Shown one piece after another: positions 12,498 to 24,763 of a stretch of 64,000 nucleotides of DNA. This DNA comes from Scyliorhinus canicula (Eukaryota), in assembly GCF_902713615.1 (NCBI RefSeq), contig NC_052172.1, positions 12,938,185 through 13,002,184 of the forward strand. The letters run 5' to 3'. Under the pieces are notes generated by a model. That model saw only the letters and a list, made by a program, of their open reading frames with translations. It did no database searches and was not told where the DNA came from. The first letter of the stretch is position 1, and each line of letters begins with the position of its first letter. The position numbers and the translations under genes were made by a program.

Positions 12498-15405
12498 AGG
12501 TAGAAAAGGGCTTTGAAAATAGACCAAACGTATGAAGCTCGCAGAGAAATTATACTTTTGGAGGAGTTTAAAAATTCAATTCCTAATGTAGTGAGAACTC
12601 ATGTAGAAGAACAGAGGGTTAAAACTGTGAGGTTAGCAGCAGAAATGGCAGATGATTATGAATTAGTTCATAAATCAAAGCTTGGTTTTCAACATCAGTT
12701 TCAGCCTGTGAGGGATAGAAACTGGGGACATGAGAAATACTCAAGTAGCAAAGGTAAAGGTGATCTGATGGGAGATAATATGGAGAGTGTACCTCAGATT
12801 AAAAAAGAAATCCAGGAGGGTGGAAAAGAAATGAAGTTTCAAATGTTTTCACTGCAATAAACTAGGCCATGTAAAATCACAGTGTTGGTGATTGAAGAAA
12901 AGCACTAGGAAGGAAGGCTGATATGGTAAAACAGGATAAGACAGTGAGGTTTGTTAAAGTGGTAAAGGAAAGCCCAAGTGAAGCGAAGGAGGTGCAATAG
13001 ATTGTTCAGCCTGATCATGAGGTGATTGATAAGAAGGTGCCAGATCTCTTTAAAGAATTTTCTTGTGTGGGTAAAGTTTACTCATGTGTATCAGGAGGAG
13101 CAGGTAAAGAAGTCACAATTCTAAGAGATACGGGAGCTAGCCAATATTTAATGGTAAGAGATGAGGAGTTTGGGAAGAATATTGCCAGAAAAGGTGGTAA
13201 TATGTGGAATTCAGGGTGAGAGGAGTAGTGTTCCATTATATAAGGTACGGTTGGAAAGTCCAGTGAAGAGTGGTGAAGTGGTAGTAGGAGTAATAGAGAA
13301 ACTATCTTGTCCAGGAATACAGTTTATCTTGGGTAATGATAGAGTTGGATCGCAGGTGGGAGTGATAAGCCAGTTGAAAATCAGACATCTGAAATGTTGA
13401 AGGACGAATATCCTGGGATATTTCCGGATTGTGTAGTAACAAGGTTACAAAGTCACAGGTTAAGACAAGAGGAGAAATCAAAGAGTGAAGATGAAGTTGA
13501 AGTGCAATTTCAGAAACGATTTTTGATCAGATGGTTGAAAAAGAACAAGAACAGGTGGAGGATGAGGCGGATATTTTTAGTTCAGGAAAATTGACAGAGT
13601 TACAACAGAAAGAATTGAAATAAAATGGATATATCAGAAAGCATATACGGAAGAGGAATCGGAGTGTGTACCAGAGTGTTATTGCCGTAAAAGTGATGTC
13701 TTGATGAGAAAATGGAGACCTTTACATATGCAGGCGGATGAAAGGTGGGCAGACGTTCATCAAGTAGTATTGCCGGTAGGGTATAGAAAAGAGGTGTTGC
13801 GAGTAGCACATGAGGTACCAGTGGGAGGTCATTTGGGAGTAAGGAAAACTCAAGCTAAAATTGATAGGGAAACCTCAAACAGTGATAAAACCAGCGCCCT
13901 TAACACCCATTCTAGCATTTGAGGAACCTTTTAGAAGGATCCTAATTGATTGCGTAGGACCACTTCCTAAAATGAAAAGTGGAATCAATATCTTTTGACT
14001 GTAATGGATGTGTCTACTAGTTTTCAGAGGCCATTCCAGTACGTAATATTACAACTAAAAAGATTGTGGAGGAGTTACTTAAATTCTTTACTAGATATGG
14101 ACTACCCACAGAAATACAATCGGATCAAGGATCGAATTTTACCTCAAGGTTATTCAAAGAAGTTATGGATAGCTTAGGAATAAAACAATTTAAATCAACT
14201 GCGTACCATCCAGAATCGCAGGGAGCGATAGAAAGGTGGCATCAGTCATTAAAGACAATGTTGAGGGTTATTGGCAAGATTATCCAGAGGATTGGGATAA
14301 AGGAATTCCATTCGTACTGTTTGCAATTAGGGATGCACCTAATGAGTCAACCAAATTCAGTCCTTTTGAACTAATTTTTGGTCATGAGGTAAGAGGACCA
14401 CTTAAATTGATTAAGGAAAAATTGGTGAGTGAGAAATCAGAAATTACATTATTGGATTACATGTCAAATTTTAGGGAATGATTAAATAGATGAATTGGCT
14501 GGACAACATTTAAAAGGTGCACAACATGTGATGAAACAGGTCACGGACAAGAAATCCAAAGTTCGTAGTTTTGCCTGTGGAGTTAAAGTTTTAGTGTTGT
14601 TACCAGTGGCAGGTGAACTTTTAAAAGCAAGGTTTTGTGGACCTTATCAAATTGAAAGGAAATTAAGTGAGGTGAATTATGTAGTATGAACGCCAGATAG
14701 AAGGAAGACTCACCGAGTGTGTCATGTGAATATGCTTAAAAGGTACTTTGAAAGGGAAGGAGAGAAAAAGGAGGCGGTTTTAATGATTCTAACTCAGTGA
14801 CGAACCAAATCCAGATGACTGTGAATTTGACATACCTCAAATTAAATCGGAAAATGACGATGTTCTTAAAAATTGGGATAAATTGTTGAGTTACCTTCCA
14901 GACGAAAAAAGGACTGACCTGAAAGAGTTATTGATATCACATGGGCATGTTTGTAGAGATAAATTGGGAAGTACTAAAATGGCTATACATGATGTAGATG
15001 TGGGAAACGCTGTTCCAATCAAACAACATCCATACAGACTTAACCCTTTAAAATTGGCACAGGTTAACAAAGAGATTATGCTTAAAAATGGCATAACTGA
15101 AGTGGGTTTTAGCCAATGGAGCTCACCCATAGTGATGGTACCTAAACCAGACGGTACCCAACGGTTGTGTGTGGACTATAGAAAGGTTAATGCAGTTACA
15201 AGAACGGACTCTTATCCTATCCCACGTTTGGAGGATTGTATTGAGAAAGTGGGACAATCAGTTTTGATTTCCAAACTGGATTTACTTAAAGGTTACTGGC
15301 AGGTACCTTTATCCGAAAGGGCAAAGGAGATTTCAGCTTTTGTGACTCCAGATGGTATATACCAATTCAAAGTTATGCCGTTTGGCATGAAAAACGCCCC
15401 AACCA
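12498..15405 (+). mobile_element. Gmr1-like Ty3/Gypsy LTR-retrotransposon internal fragment (gag-PR-IN-RT order), decayed
   Basis: gag LEEFK and CFHCNKLGHVKSQC zinc knuckle (~12845-12885); protease ILRDTGAS (~13120); integrase HEVPVGGHLGVRKT, SDQGSNF, YHPESQG (13800-14250); then Gypsy-type RT PIKQHPYR, WSSP, RLCVDYRKVN, LDLLKGYWQV, VMPFGM (14900-15400). Confidence 0.92.
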
Positions 15406-15417
15406 CTGGTCTGAGGT

Positions 15418-15716
15418 AATAATCTTTATTAGTGTCACAAGTAGGCTTAAATTAACATTGCAATTAAGTTACTGTGAAAAGCCCCTAGTTGCCACATTCC
15501 AGCGCCTGTTCAGGTACACAGAGGGAGAATTCAGAATGTGCAATTCACCTAAAAAGCACGTCTTTCGGAACTTGTGGGAGGAAACTGGAGCGCCCGGAGG
15601 AAACACACGCAGACATGGGGAGAACGTACACACTCCGCACAGACAGTGACCCAAACCGGGAATCGAACCTGGGACCTGGTGCTGTGAAGCAACAGTGCTA
15701 ACCATTGTGCTACCGT
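15418..15716 (-). mobile_element. V-SINE variant with Rex1-type tail
   Basis: V-domain body followed by GGCTTTTCACAGTAAC...CTTGTGACACTAATAAAGATTATTA. Confidence 0.85.
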
Positions 15717-15844
15717 TCCAACAGCTGTTGAATTTGAACAAAGCACTGCTGCTGGTCATGGGAACATCGTCATGTGAAACTCTCTAGTAAGGCCTTGAGT
15801 GGCAAGTGCCATACATACCCATTCACTACATAGAGTACAATTCT

Positions 15845-16260
15845 TACGTGGGGCAGGAGCAGGGGGACCTGGATGTATTTGTGCCTCAATCATTGAAGGT
15901 GGCAGGATAGGTGGAGAGAGCAGTTAATAACGCTGAGAGTATATGGGCTTTATTAATAGGGGCACAGAGTACAAGAGCGAGGAGGTTATGCTGAACTTAT
16001 ACAAGACACGAGTTAGCCCTCAGCTGGAATATTGTGCACAGTTCTGGGAGACACACTATAGGAAGGATGTGAACACATTGGAGAGAGAGCAGAAGAGGTT
16101 TACAAGAACGGTTCCAGGGATGAGAAACTTCAGCGATGAGGAGAGATTGGGACTGTCCTCCTTGGAGAGAGGAAGGCCGAGAGGCGATTTGATGGAGATG
16201 TTCCAAATCACGAGGGGGCCGGACAGAGTAGACGAGGAGAAACTGTTCCTGCTGGGAGAG
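15845..16260 (+). mobile_element. CR1 LINE 3' fragment
   Basis: ORF 15943-16278: LEYCAQFW, KRFTRTVPG, RGDLMEMF. Confidence 0.85.
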
Positions 16261-16467
16261 CCGATCCTGACACAATAGGCCCAATGGCCTCCTTCTGCAC
16301 CGCAATGATTCTGTGACCTGGACATTTCTGCAAGATAAGAGATCAAGGTCCAACTAGTTCACCTTCCGGTAATCACATAATACACCAATAATTGAGTTGT
16401 TGTCCAATCAGGACAATTGGTCTTTATCAACTTATCTCCAACAAGTCCAGGCATGTAGCGAAACGCA

Positions 16468-16630
16468 AATTACTGTAGATGCTGGAATCTGAAACAAAAA
16501 CAGAACATACTGGACAATCTCAGCAGGATTGACAGCATCTGTGGCTACAGAAGGGAGCTAACGTTTTGAATGTGGATGACTCTTTGTCAACTTTGATGCT
16601 GTCAGATCTGCTGAGATTGTCCAGTATTTG
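16468..16630. mobile_element. Penelope-derived inverted-repeat remnant
   Basis: TACTGGACAATCTCAGCAG...GACAGCATC is inverted against GATGCTGTC...CTGCTGAGATTGTCCAGTA. The same sequence family recurs at ~30060, 32130, 33625, 36925 and 37725. Confidence 0.6.
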
Positions 16631-16653
16631 GGTCTCGGCATGTCACACGATAA

Positions 16654-16996
16654 CAGCACGGTAGCATGGTGGTTAGCATAAATGCTTCACAGCTCCAGGG
16701 TCCCAGGTTCGATTCCCGGCTGGGTCACTGTCTGTGTGGAGTCTGCACGTCCTCCCCGTGTGTGCGTGGGTTTCCTCCGGGTGCTCCGGTTTCCTCCCAC
16801 AGTCCAAAGATGTGCGGGTTAGGTGGATTGGCCATGCTAAATTGCCCGTAGTGTCCTAAAAAGTAAGGTTTGGGGGGGGGGTTTCGTTGGGTTACGGGTA
16901 TAGGGTGGATCCGTGGGTTTGAGTAGGGTGATCATGGCTCGGCACAACATCGAGGGCCGAAGGGCCTGTTCTGTGCTGTACTGTTCTATGTTCTAT
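16654..16996 (+). mobile_element. V-SINE, CR1-type tail A
   Basis: Full head and V-domain; tail GCTCGGCACAACATCGAGGGCCGAAGGGCCTGTTCTGTGCTGTACTGTTCTATG is identical to the 3' end of the CR1 at 7990. Confidence 0.92.
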
Positions 16997-17409
16997 CCAG
17001 TGGTGGACCTAGGCCCAAAGACACCGACTGCTCGCAGCACCCCCTACCTATTGCCATTACACGATCAACGTACTGACTACAACAGTTTAACAAGGAAGCC
17101 CAATGCTACCTTCTCAAGGCTAGTTAGGGTTGCCAAAGACACTCACATATCGAGTCCCCCCCCACTTAACTGATCTCAGCGCCACGGTTGATCTCGACGT
17201 TCTTGGGACACAGGATGCAGAGTCGGTCCAAGTCCCTACTCCTGATTACCAACTTGCCAGAAAGAGATGTCACGGAGGCTGAGATGGGCACCATAACGCA
17301 TTGACATTTACCACCTCCGTTCACACTTGGGAGAATGGCTTTTCGGGGACACCCAATACGTGTCCAAATTTGTCCTTGAGTTTGGTTCTGTTATTCTATT
17401 TATGTTCTG

Positions 17410-18510
17410 GTATTCAAGAAGCTCGACACCATCCAGGATAAAGCAGCCCCGCTTGATTGCTCCCCCTTCCACAAACATTTAAACCCTCCGCCACTGACAA
17501 ACATTGGCAGCCGTGTATATCATCTACAAGATGCACTACAGTAACTCACCAGTTCCTTCCACAGCACCTTCCAAATTCACAACCACTACCATCAAGAAGG
17601 ACAAGAGCAGCAGATACCTGGGAACCCCACCACCTACCGTCCAAGTCACTCACCACCCTGACTTGGAAACATATCGCCGCTCCTTCACTGTCACTGGGCA
17701 ACATCTTGGAACTCCCTCCCTAACAGCACAGTGGGTGTACCTACACCCCAAGGACTGTAGTGATTCAAGAAGACAGCTCACCGCCACTTTATTAAAAATT
17801 TGTTCATGGGACGTAGGCGTGGACATCGCAGGCTGCACGGTAGCATTGTGGATAGCACAATCGCTTCACAGCTCCAGGGTCCCAGGTTCGATTCCGGCTT
17901 GGGCCACTGTCTGTGTGGAGTCTGCACATCCTCCCCGTGTGTGCGTGGGTTTCCTCCCACAGTCCAAAGATGTGCAGGTCAGATAAATTGCCCTTAGTGT
18001 CCAAAATTGCCCTTAGTGTTGGGTGGGGTTACTGGGTTATGGGGATAGGGTGGAGATGTTAACCTTGGGTAGGGTGCTCTTTCCAGGAGCCGGTGCAGAC
18101 TCAATGGGCCGAATGGCCTCCTTCTGCACTGTAAATTCAATGATCAATGATCATTTATTGCCCCTTGATCATTTAAGAGTCAGCCACATTTCTGTCCGTC
18201 TGAAGTCACATGTAGGGCAGACCAGGTAAGGACGGCAGATTTCCTTCCCGAAAGGACATTAGTGAACCAGATAGCGTTTTATGACAATCGACAATGGTTT
18301 CATGGTCATCATTAGACTCTATTGAATTCAAATTTCACCATCTGCAGTGGTGGGAATTGAACCTGTGTCCCCAGAGCATTAGTCTGGGTGGCTGGATTAG
18401 GAGTCCAGTGACAATACCACTCGGCCTTGGCCACGGCAGCCTCTTAAGGGCAACTAGGGACGGGCAATAAATGCTGAGCTAACCAGCGACGCCCACATCC
18501 CGTAAATTAA
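17410..18510. mobile_element. CR1-group LINE 3' remnants interrupted by a V-SINE (17832-18145)
   Basis: AAGCTCGACACCATCCAGGA(T/C)AAAGCAGCC family sequence, also seen at ~20010-21280, ~54290-54490 and 59850-61460. Confidence 0.7.
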
Positions 18511-18559
18511 TTAAAAATGAAACTAAAAGGCCCGTACCCATTCTGTGGGCGTCTCAAAG

Positions 18560-18860
18560 GTCTTTTTCCCTGTTGGACACTCTCAGAACTACAACTCCCG
18601 GGAGGCACCCTGGCGGCAAGCGGCTTGGTGCGCAGGAAGGGAGGGAAGGAAGGAGGGAGGGGAACAAATACCCTCCCCTTGCCTCCTGCCCACCTTTTCC
18701 CCCCTCCGTCCCGCCACAGCAGCCCTGTCAAGTTGCCCAGCAACTAGATCCGGGTCCGCGATCGGAAGCGGCTGACACTCGCCTTTCCAGTGAAACTGAC
18801 ACAGCGGCGGAAAGGTTACAATATAGCGCGCGCGCGCTGACTGGACGCAGCGGGTGAGTT
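18560..18860 (+). promoter_or_regulatory. CpG-rich promoter and non-coding exon 1a of the SERTAD gene
   Basis: ZNF143/SBS-type GAACTACAACTCCCGGGAGGC (18586-18606), RFX X-box GTTGCCCAGCAAC (18732-18744), ETS CGGAAG (~18763), (CG)n run, and consensus donor CGG|GTGAGT at 18853/18854. Local CpG enrichment. Confidence 0.7.
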
Positions 18861-19341
18861 AGTTACAAAGTGTCAGTTTCTTGTATCTTTCCCAAAGTGG
18901 ATACTTTTGTGGCAGAGAAAGGATCTTCACGTTCGGGTGTGTGTTTGAAAATATATAATCGAGTTGTTACTTTGACTTTAAAGATTGAATTCGACTTGAA
19001 ATCCGATTCTCCCAAAGCTGGAGTTAGTTAGGAATCCCCGCGCTGCTGAAATTTTAAGTTGTTTGAAGTGTTAGATGAGGGTGGGAGGGGAGATTGGGAA
19101 GGCGCGCGGGGGAGATTCAGAGGAAGAAGGTAAGAGGCGGTGGGAATTGCGTGAGTCGTACTTGGTAAATTGCGAATGATTCACCCCCCGGCAGGAGAGA
19201 GCGCCTTCAGAATCGTGACGAATGCAGCAGACTCCGCGCCGACCTTGTCTCCTCCCCTCTAGTTTAACTCTTACTAGCACCGTTCAGCGAGAGGGAACGA
19301 GAGAGGGAGAGAGAGGACAGGCTGGGAGTAGGGTTAAGGGC

Positions 19342-19458
19342 TATAAAGTTTCACATCAGCGCTGAAGGTTGTTGCTTAGGTTTCAGGGTCCTGGAAGCAA
19401 CTCGGTCGCCTGTGCCCGAAATGGGCCGGGGTTGGGAAGCGTCTTGGTGACGGTGAGT
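19342..19458 (+). promoter_or_regulatory. Putative alternative TATA promoter and non-coding exon 1b
   Basis: TATAAAG at 19342-19348 and donor ACG|GTGAGT at 19452/19453, within the CpG-rich zone. Confidence 0.5.
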
Positions 19459-19496
19459 GTCCCGGCTTTCCAGTCTCGCTTCCCGCTGGCGTTTGC

Positions 19497-19688
19497 ATGA
19501 ATGAAATTAAAATCGCTTATTGTCACGACTGGGCTTCAATGAAGTTATTGTGAAAAGCCCCTAGTCGCCACATTCCGGCGCCTGTCCGGGGAGGCTGGTA
19601 CGGGAATCGAACCGTGCTGCTGGCCTGCTTTAAAAGCCAGCGATTTAGCCTTCTGAGCTAAACCAGCCCGTACTTGAGCTAAACCAGC
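19497..19688 (-). mobile_element. Short tRNA(Ile-like)-derived SINE with (TTTCA)n tail
   Basis: Near-identical to copies at 24180, 25817, 27096, 36035, 42911 and 54896. Confidence 0.85.
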
Positions 19689-20569
19689 ATCTGTGGGTGC
19701 TCAATGCTCTCTGATACCCCACCAGTGGTTGGCCTTCATCCACTGGCCCAGACTGTTCCACCGGTCATCGTTTCAGCTTCACAAGTTACACTTTCTAACA
19801 GTCTCCTCCCCCCCCCTGCCCCAATGGGCGGGTTAGATGGATTGGCCAGGCTAAATTGTCCTTAGTGTCCAAAAAAGGTTGGGTGGGGTTACGGGGGTAG
19901 GGTGGAGGTGTGGGCTTAGGTAGGGTGTTCTTTCCAAGGGCCGGTGCAGACTCGGTGGGCCGAATGGCCTCCTTCCGCACTGTAAATTCTATGATATGAT
20001 TCTATGAACTCAGTCTCAGGACAACACTGCAGGAGTTCCTCAGGAGATTATCCTAAGCCCCGTCCATCTTCAGCTGCTTCATCAATGACCTTTCCTCCAT
20101 CATAAGGTCGGAAGTGGGAATGTTCGCTGATGGTTGCACAATGTCATACCATTCGCAACACCTCAGATACTGAAGCAGTCCTTGTCCATGTCCAGATCTT
20201 GGCTTGGGCTAATAAGTAGAAAGTTCAATTTGTGCCACACGAGTGCCAGACAATGACCCATACTCAACAAGAGAGAATCCAACCATTTCCCCATGGCATG
20301 AAATTTATATTGCTATGGCTGAATCCCGCACTATCAACATCCAAGGGGCTACCATTGGCCAGAGACTGAACTGGACCAAGCATATAAATACTGTGGCTAC
20401 AAGAGCAGGTCAGAGGTTGGGAATTCTGCAACAAATAACTCTCCATTTGATTCACCAAAACCTGTCCACCATCTACAAGTCAGGTGTGTGATGGAAACAC
20501 TCTCCACTTGCCTAGGATGAGTGCAGCTCCAACAACAGAAGCTCAACAGCATCCCGATCAAAACAGCCC

Positions 20570-20718
20570 CTTTGCGATCCCACTGTCCGTGTGGAGTTTG
20601 CACATTCTGCGTGGGTTTTGCCCCCACAACCCAAAAGATGTGCAGGGTATGTGGATTGGCCACGCTAAATTGCCCCTTAATTGGGAAAAACAATAATTGG
20701 GTACTCTAAATTTTAAAG
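20570..20718 (+). mobile_element. Short V-SINE variant with A-rich tail and 10-bp TSD
   Basis: Flanked by AAAACAGCCC at 20560-20569 and 20719-20728. Confidence 0.85.
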
Positions 20719-22664
20719 AAAACAGCCCACTGGATTGGCACCCTAGCCACCATCTTAACATTCAAGCCCTCCACCATTGATGCACAATGCCAGCAGTGAG
20801 TACCGTCTACAAGAAGCACTGCACCAAGGCTCCTTCGACATCATCTTCCAAACTGATGACCTCTACCACTTAGAAAGACAAAGACAGCAGATGAGTGGCA
20901 CAGTGGTCAGCACTGCTGCCTCACAGTGCCAGGGACCTGGGTTTAATTCCGACTTTAATGGCCAAAGATGTGCAGGTTAGGTTGCGGGAATGGCGGGGGA
21001 GTGGGTCTGGGTGGGGTGGTCTTTCGGAGGTTTGGTGCAGACTCGATGGGCCGAATGGCCTCCTTTTGCACTGTCGGGATCCAATGGATTTCTATGAAAC
21101 GGAACAGCACCACGCTTCCTCCCAATACCAGCACCATCCTGACTTGGCGCTGTATCGCCATATCCTCAGTGCCACTCGGCCAAATTCCCAGAACTCTTTG
21201 ACAGCACGGTCGCTGTACCTACACCATGTTGAATGTAATGGTTCAAGAAGGCGACTCACATCCAGGGATTCAACTCACCTTGAATAACTATCTGGTCTAC
21301 AGCAACTATAAATCAACTACTAATCACTAATTTACCTAACAGACTAATCCATCAAATAATTAATACCAGATATCAAGTGATCCTGTTGGCTTCAGACTGC
21401 TAACAAATTAATAATGCCGAGAAGTAGCAGGGCAGGCAGGAAGTCAGGACTGTAATATGTGGGAGTTTGTGAACAACAAGTCTGTCCTGGATCACACGAC
21501 TTGTAATTATCTCACTGCTGGTTGCCAGAGTGTGCTGTGTGCAAATTGGTTGCTCTGTTTGCTACATTACAACAGTGAGTACATCCAATGGTCACGTGAT
21601 GCACTGTAGAAATGCAAGTCCGTTCTTTTTTTTAAACCTTTGTCTCGTCTCCTCTCTTGGTCTTCGCTTCGGAAGAGAGAACGGAGTCCTCAATCCTTCC
21701 TCATGCACCAGTCATTCCCTTAACACCCGCTTGCAGTTACAGAGTGCCGTAAAAAAATGTCCCCACCACTTTATGTATAAACAAACACCGTGCCGCATAA
21801 ATATTAGGAGAGGTGATCAAATGCTTAATTAAAGAGTACTGTTATTAGGAGACTCTGTAAAGGATGAAAGAGAAATGGAGAGATTGCAGACAGGAATTCC
21901 AGAGTTTCGGATCTAGGCAGCTGCAGATTCTGGGTCCAATGGTGTAGTACCATTGTCATGCAGTGGGATGAGTCAGCCCTGATTCATGAGTTGGCTTCTC
22001 GCCTGCCTTTGCCACTCCCACTGATCCCTTCAAACTCCTTCAGGTAGAAATGTCAGATATCTTATTAACACCTTGTGTTCCCATCCCTCCTGTAATCTTC
22101 CATTTCATTCGATACCACACAGTAAGGCACATGGAGTCAGCGGACAATTGGCTGAATGCAAGTTTAGCGGGATGCCCAAATGTTGGTTTTACACCAGCGC
22201 GAATTTACAGCCGCACCTTCTGCCGCTGCCCGCCATGATGGGCGGGGATACCCGCTGGAGGCCGCCGTAAAACCCGTTTGCATCCCCCTAATGGTCTGCA
22301 GATGAAGGCCTGGCCACCCCTGCCCGATTCTTTGTGGAATCAGCAGAGGGATACGCCGGTAGGAAACATGTTTGGAACAACGTGGTGTGCAGATGTCGGG
22401 ACCCACCTGAACAATGCCTGGCGCTGTCTCCGGAGTTCAGGATGGACGCTGACTGCAACGCTGGGCCCAGGAACACCACAGCAGTGGGAGAGGGGAGCAT
22501 CTACAGCTGGTCCTTCCAGATCTGGTGTCCGCAAAGGGGGCACATCTTCCAGCCTCAATGTTCCTGGAGATCCATCCTGTTTCTCAGGAGGCCCATCTTC
22601 CAATCTCAGAGGGCTCTTGGTGATCAACCTTCATTTTCAGGAGATCCACCTTCTTTCTTTCTTG

Positions 22665-23205
22665 AATTGTATTGGATTGGATTTGTCTATTATCACGTGT
22701 ACCGAGGTACAGTGAAAAGTATTTTTCTGCGAGCAGCTCAACAGATCATTAAGTACAAGAAATGAAAAAGAAATAAAAGAAAGTGCATAATAGGGCAACA
22801 CAAGGTACACAATGTAACTACATGAGCACCGGCATCGGATGAAGCATACAAGGGTGTAGTGTTAATGAGGTCAGTCCCTAAGAGGGCCGTTTAGGAGTCT
22901 GGTAACAGCGGGGAAGAAGCTGTTTTTGAGTCTGTTTGTGCGTGTTCTCAGACTTCTATATCTCCTGCCCGATGGAAGAAGTTGGAAGAGTGAGTAAGCC
23001 GCCTGGGAGGGGTCTTTGATTATGCAGCCCTGTTTCCCCAGGCAGCGGGAGGTGTAGATGGAGTCAATGGATGGGAGGCATGTTTGTGTGATGGACTGGG
23101 CTGTGTTCACGACTCTCTGAAGTTTCTTGCGGTCCTGGGCCGAGCAGTTGCCATACCAGGCTGTGATGCAGCCAGATAGGATGCTTTCTATGGTGCATCT
23201 GCAAA
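22665..23205 (-). mobile_element. Rex1-type LINE 3' fragment
   Basis: ORF 22871-23215 RCTIESILSGCITAWYG...RLKNSFFP; tail TTTTCACTGTACC...GTGATAATA(CCAAT)n. Confidence 0.9.
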
Positions 23206-23418
23206 ATATCTTCAATAGTGAGTCAGTGATGTTGGGCGCCTTTTCAATAGGCCCCCGGAAGAGATGACAGACGAGGCACCATCAGGCCTGCCCCGTCACA
23301 GAATCAGAAACCAGCACATCAAGGGGTCAATGAAAATTGTGGGAGCGTCAAAGAAATTGACATGGTATGTCTATCTGTGGTAGTGAGAGAAAGAGAGGAA
23401 ATGCGGTGAGGGGAGTGA

Positions 23419-23790
23419 TGATTTGATTTGATTTTGATTTGATTTATTGTCACACGTACCGAAATACAGCGAAGTATTTCTCTGCGGCCGAGGGAACATA
23501 CACAGTACGTACATAGTAGACAAAAGACAACAGAGTACATTGACAAATGGTACATCGACAAACAGTGATTGGTTGCAGTGCAGAAGAAGGGGCCAAGCAA
23601 TGCGAACAAACCAAATACATGCATAGGGTCCTCAGATCTGTAAGAAAACATAGAAGAACATTGTTATTAATTATATATGAAGAGGAAAATAGCTTTAGTA
23701 GGTCAGAACACTGATCAGAGATAATAAAGGGACAGGGGGAAAGAGCTCGCAGAGAGTCGCCATGCTCCGGCGCCATCTTGGATTCCAATA
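23419..23790 (-). mobile_element. Short non-autonomous Rex1-related element (5' UTR-like head joined to Rex1 tail)
   Basis: Starts AAGATGGCGCCGGAG, ends GTGACAATAAA(TCAAA)n, with no RT coding between them. Confidence 0.6.
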
Positions 23791-24179
23791 ATGGAGATGG
23801 AGCAGTGAGAAAGAAGGAGATGAGGAAGGCCTGAGAACCAACGGAAAGATCCGGTCATGAGAGTCTTGAGCACAGCGGGATTGGAAGAAGAATGGCTAAG
23901 AGGCAGAAGGCGACGGAGAAGGATGATCAGCTCGCATTATCGTGATTGACCCCTAAGTAAAATGGGAGAAGCCAAACGAAGAAAAAAGCTATCGGGAAAA
24001 CCTCACAGGCTGGGGCTTTTACTCCTTTGAACTTGTAGACCTGATAGTCACATCCCACAGACCAGAAACAGTTCATCGGGCCCAAATAGTCTGCGCTGGT
24101 GTTTATGCTGCACGGGAGCCTCCTCCGACCTTCCCAGGGAGGCCGCGACAATGCAGTATTGTCACTAGACTAGCAATAA

Positions 24180-24352
24180 GGGGCTGGTTTAGCTCACTGG
24201 GCTAAATCGCTGGCTTTTAAAGCAGGCCAGCAGCACGGTTCGATTCCCGTACCAGCCTCGCCGGACAGGCGCCGGAATGTGGCGACTAGGGGCTTTTCAC
24301 AGTAACTCCATTGAAGCCTACTCGTGACAATAAGCGATTTTCATTTCATTTT
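24180..24352 (+). mobile_element. Short tRNA(Ile-like)-derived SINE
   Basis: GGGGCTGGTTTAGCTCA...GGTTCGATTCCCGTACCAGCC head; tail GGCTTTTCACAGTAAC...GTGACAATAAGCGA(TTTCA)n. Confidence 0.88.
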
Positions 24353-24477
24353 TGTTCATACAGAGACCCAGGGTAATGTTCTGGGGTCCCGGGTTAGAAG
24401 CCCACCATGGCAGATGGTAAAATTTAAATTCAATAAAAATCTGGAATTAAAGGTAATCTGATGACCATGAAACCATT

Positions 24478-24763
24478 GCCGATTGCTTCACAGCGCCAGG
24501 GTCCCAGGTTCGATTCCCGGCTTGGGTCACTGTGCAGAGTCTGCATGTTCTCCCCGTGTCTGCGTGGGTTTCCTCCGGGGGCTCCGGTTTCCTCCCACAA
24601 GTCCCGAAAGACGTGCTGTTAGATGAATTAGGCATTCTGAATTCTCCCTCTGTGTACCCAAACAGGCGCTGGAGTGTGGCGACTAGGGGATTTTCACAGT
24701 AACTTAATTGCAGTGTTAATGTAAGGCTACTTGTGACACTAATAAAGATTATTATTATTATTA
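24478..24763 (+). mobile_element. V-SINE variant with Rex1-type tail
   Basis: V-domain followed by TTTTCACAGTAAC...GTGACACTAATAAAG(ATT)n. Confidence 0.85.

Noticed and set aside
24180-24260. tRNA genes at SINE heads
   Set aside because: The anticodon and variable arms are non-canonical and always fused to a retroposon tail.
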